A DNA stretch of 64,000 nt from Antedon mediterranea. Taxonomy: Eukaryota; Animalia; Echinodermata. The notes beneath the pieces are model-generated. The model did not search any database. It was not told the origin of the DNA and was given only the letters and a program-made list of their open reading frames with translations. The stretch covers positions 7,745,812 through 7,809,811 of the forward strand of contig NC_092675.1 in assembly GCF_964355755.1 (NCBI RefSeq). Reading direction: 5' to 3'. Each line of letters opens with the position of its first letter. Position 1 is the stretch's first letter. Positions 60,747 to 64,000 of this stretch are shown here, one piece after another. The translations under genes were made by a program, and so were the position numbers.

Positions 60747-63700
60747 CCTCCACTGTTTTCCTGTTAACAGCATGCTATTTTGCTTGGTATACTCCCCCAG
60801 TTTTTTTTCTGGAAATCCTAAATAGAATACGACAATTAACCAGAACTCTGGCCAGCCACGAGCGTCTCACAAATTTCCCCATCCTCACGCTTTCTTTCTA
60901 TTTCGAGGGATATGCATTGACATTTCATATGTTGCCAATAATTATAACATTTAAAAGACAGTTACATAATAAAACGTGGAGGTAAAGTTAAGAAGCTTAA
61001 TCAGTACTAATGGCATATCTTTAGTATATGCGTAATATTTCTGTCCTATTGCATTAACTGTCCTATCGGTAACAAATGTAAAATTAAATAAAACCATGTA
61101 TTTATCTATGTTTTTTATTAGGGTTTTACTACTATATTTAAAAAACTAGTGATGATTTAAAGTTGGTTTCACACCTCGAACAACCACGACCATGCAATTT
61201 TGATAGAAAATAAGGTGATTCTTTTCTATTAGTTTTCTTTTTATTACTTAATACGCATTTTATGATGGGGAGGGAGGAGGGGAGGGGACGTGAAACTAAC
61301 ATTTTTAGGCCGTAAATATTGCTTTTTGAGAAACATACTAATAATATACTACCTTCGTAAGTTTACATATCACCGATGACAGCATTAGACAGCGTGTTGA
61401 ATTTATAGGTCACTTTCCTTCAGGGCAGAATAATAAGTGGAATCCCAATCATAATTAAAATTCGTTGTCCTTTTAGAATTGTGCCTTGAAATATACGCTG
61501 GCTAATTCATTCTTGCACATATTCACAATCCGCCGTCATACGCATCGTTTAATCGAACTGTTTCACAACCACACCGCCTTCTTGTCTCAACTAACCGTGT
61601 CATTAAATGCAGTGATTTGTCGAAAGACATTGTTCATTACGTTATGCGTTGCGTTGGCACGAAACGCAACGAAGTAGCGCAACGCAAGTGACCAATCGCA
61701 AGTGACTGCTTCACCGCACCGTGATTGGTCAAACTACTTACGGCACGCTTCCATTTTGCGTTCAGCGTATAGTCAATATTGACTATATGCTCAGAGTCAT
61801 GTAGATATGGCTCTGCTTGCATAGTGGGAACCAAGCTACCAATTAAGAATGCTTAACGTTTTAATTTGTTTCTTAACAATGGAATTATGAATTTAGAAAA
61901 AAGTTTAAATAGAATTGACCAAGCTAATTGCTTGTACTCACTGGTGTTTGTGTTTGTTCAATACGCCTCCAAACTGTTTGTTTTTGTGATCATAAATCAC
62001 GTGTTAGCTCATCATACCACGGAGGAATTACAGACAATGATTTCACATGACCTTCAGAAGAGTGTGTCGTAACCTTTTTTCGTTGTACTTATTACAATTG
62101 CCAAATAATAATAATAATAATATACAATTATTATAATGAATAAAACAAGAAGACAGCAGATGGGCTTATGAACAGGGGCATGAAACAATATTTATATAAC
62201 ATTGAATTGAACATAGTCTGGAAAAGAAACTGGTACCGAAGAGAAATTTCTAATTCCGAATTCCGAATTCACAATTGCAAGAACCACTTGTTTAAACATC
62301 GACTTACCATACATTTATTGTGTAGGTCCAATCATAACAAATGTTGTAATTAATAAAATCTATGTAATGTGTCGCTTTAACAATAAGAATATTTCTACAT
62401 ATTATGCATGAGCGAAAGGGATGAAAAGGAAAGGGGATTTCCCAGTTTTGTGTAAATTGTAATTATTGGTGACGTCATCGAGAAACAGTATAGACTGCAT
62501 GTTAAAAGTCCTCAACATCGGTTTCCTTTAATGTTGCGTACTACAATCGGTCAATCTGTCTAGTCTGTTACGAATATTAATTACTTTCGCCCATGACTAG
62601 ACATATTTTATGAAAGGTATATATTTGCCTTGAGCGTTTTAATGTTGATGGGTTTCTGCCCAAAGGAGGTTCTGGTTTGAGGTACCTAGACAATGTGCCT
62701 TACCTGGCAGGCGACGTGTATTAATTGTCCCATCAGTTCCCACGCCTCCTACACATTACTTCACTGTAATTTTAAGTCCAACCGTATTACAATGTTAATA
62801 TTGCAGTTTAAACTTAGTCAAGAGGTAAGCCACTCTAATGCTCATTTTTATAAATTAGCCGAGTGTTTAAACCATGAGATATCCTAAATAAAAGGATTTT
62901 TTTTTTCTTAAAGCAGTTCCATAATTTTTTCTATACATTTTTCATTTGAACCTTGTTTGAACTGAAAATTTAACAAAACATAAAATTGAAAATACCTAGT
63001 CTGTTAGTTAAAAAGTCTGCTCAATACGTCATCTATAAGAACACCAAATTGAATCCGATAATGTTGTTTCAGACAAACAAAATGATTTAGTATTTGGTAC
63101 CAGGGACGTTAATCTCTTTACAGCTCAAAACAATTGATAGGCCTATAGGTGAAGCGTCATAGGCAAAATGTGCAAAACGTAGGCCTATGTATACAACTCA
63201 CAAGTAAAGTAAGAATTTAATGTAGGTCTATTTAAATTATTATTGTATACAACTTTTCATTTTCAATTTTGGTGAGCCATTTGACAGTGATTCATTTCGC
63301 TTTTTCATGATTAACCAGTCATTTGGATTTTGAACTTTTTTTTCTTTTTCGACGAAATAAATTAAATGAAAAGGGTTTATTAAAAACTGGTCCTGATTAA
63401 AAGAAAACGACGTTGGCGGTTGAAAATGACACCATTCCCTGTACCACGGAGAGTATCCCATTATCATAACATTATGAGTGTAAACTGTTAATTAATACAT
63501 TGTGCCAAAATATAGAATTTTAAGGATGTCTTCGTCTATTAATTGTGGCCTGTATTAATTACAGTGGGTATCAACAACTACATTGTTACGGGAAATATAA
63601 GGGGAAACCACCGATATGCCCCAATTAATTCAATTAGACATATACTTCAATTCCATGCTCAAAATGTTATAAATCTGATGTTTCAAATGCTCCAAACTAA

Positions 63701-64000
63701 CTGCAATCTGAAGATTTTCCATTCAGAATTACTTCGCCCACGGAAAACATTAATTCAAGGTCTGTGACATGCGCAATCACTTCTGATTTATTTAAGTAAT
63801 TACAGTATGTTTTTAAGTGTTTAATTATTAATTATAAATGTGAATAAACCGCTATGTGGTGGGTGTTAGGAATTAGGCCCTATCCTGCTATAAAATGCAA
63901 GATATTTCGTTTTAATAAAACAGATCTAAATGTTTCTAACAACTAGAAACTCACGTTTTGACAGAATAAATGAACTTGTTTCATTCGTTTGCAATAATGT

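Overview
AT-rich, intron-containing animal (invertebrate, probably deuterostome) genomic DNA; not prokaryotic, and no CRISPR array. Two intact spliced genes lie head-to-head around a GC/CpG-rich bidirectional promoter at about 5.8-7.1 kb. One is a SYCE2-like synaptonemal-complex central element gene on the minus strand (3 coding exons, 154 aa). The other is a NIM1K-like Ser/Thr kinase on the plus strand (3 coding exons, 426 aa, C-terminal CaaX), probably with a ~23 kb first intron. Introns and the downstream intergenic region are full of small mobile elements: MULE-, Kolobok-, PIF/Harbinger- and pogo-like MITEs, tRNA- and 5S-derived SINEs, Helentron-like minis, and three Penelope-like remnants carrying hammerhead-ribozyme motifs. 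At 51.7-54.8 kb there is a decayed multi-exon orphan gene with phase-compatible splice junctions, possibly cargo of a ~5.2 kb DNA transposon. The most unusual signal is a pervasive set of micro-insertions at TA dinucleotides (TA>TACAGTA/TACTGTA and TA>TAGGCCTA), visible by comparing repeat copies. TAGGCCTA piles up densely at the promoter-proximal ends of both genes' first introns. All calls were made by eye; family assignments were not checked against databases.
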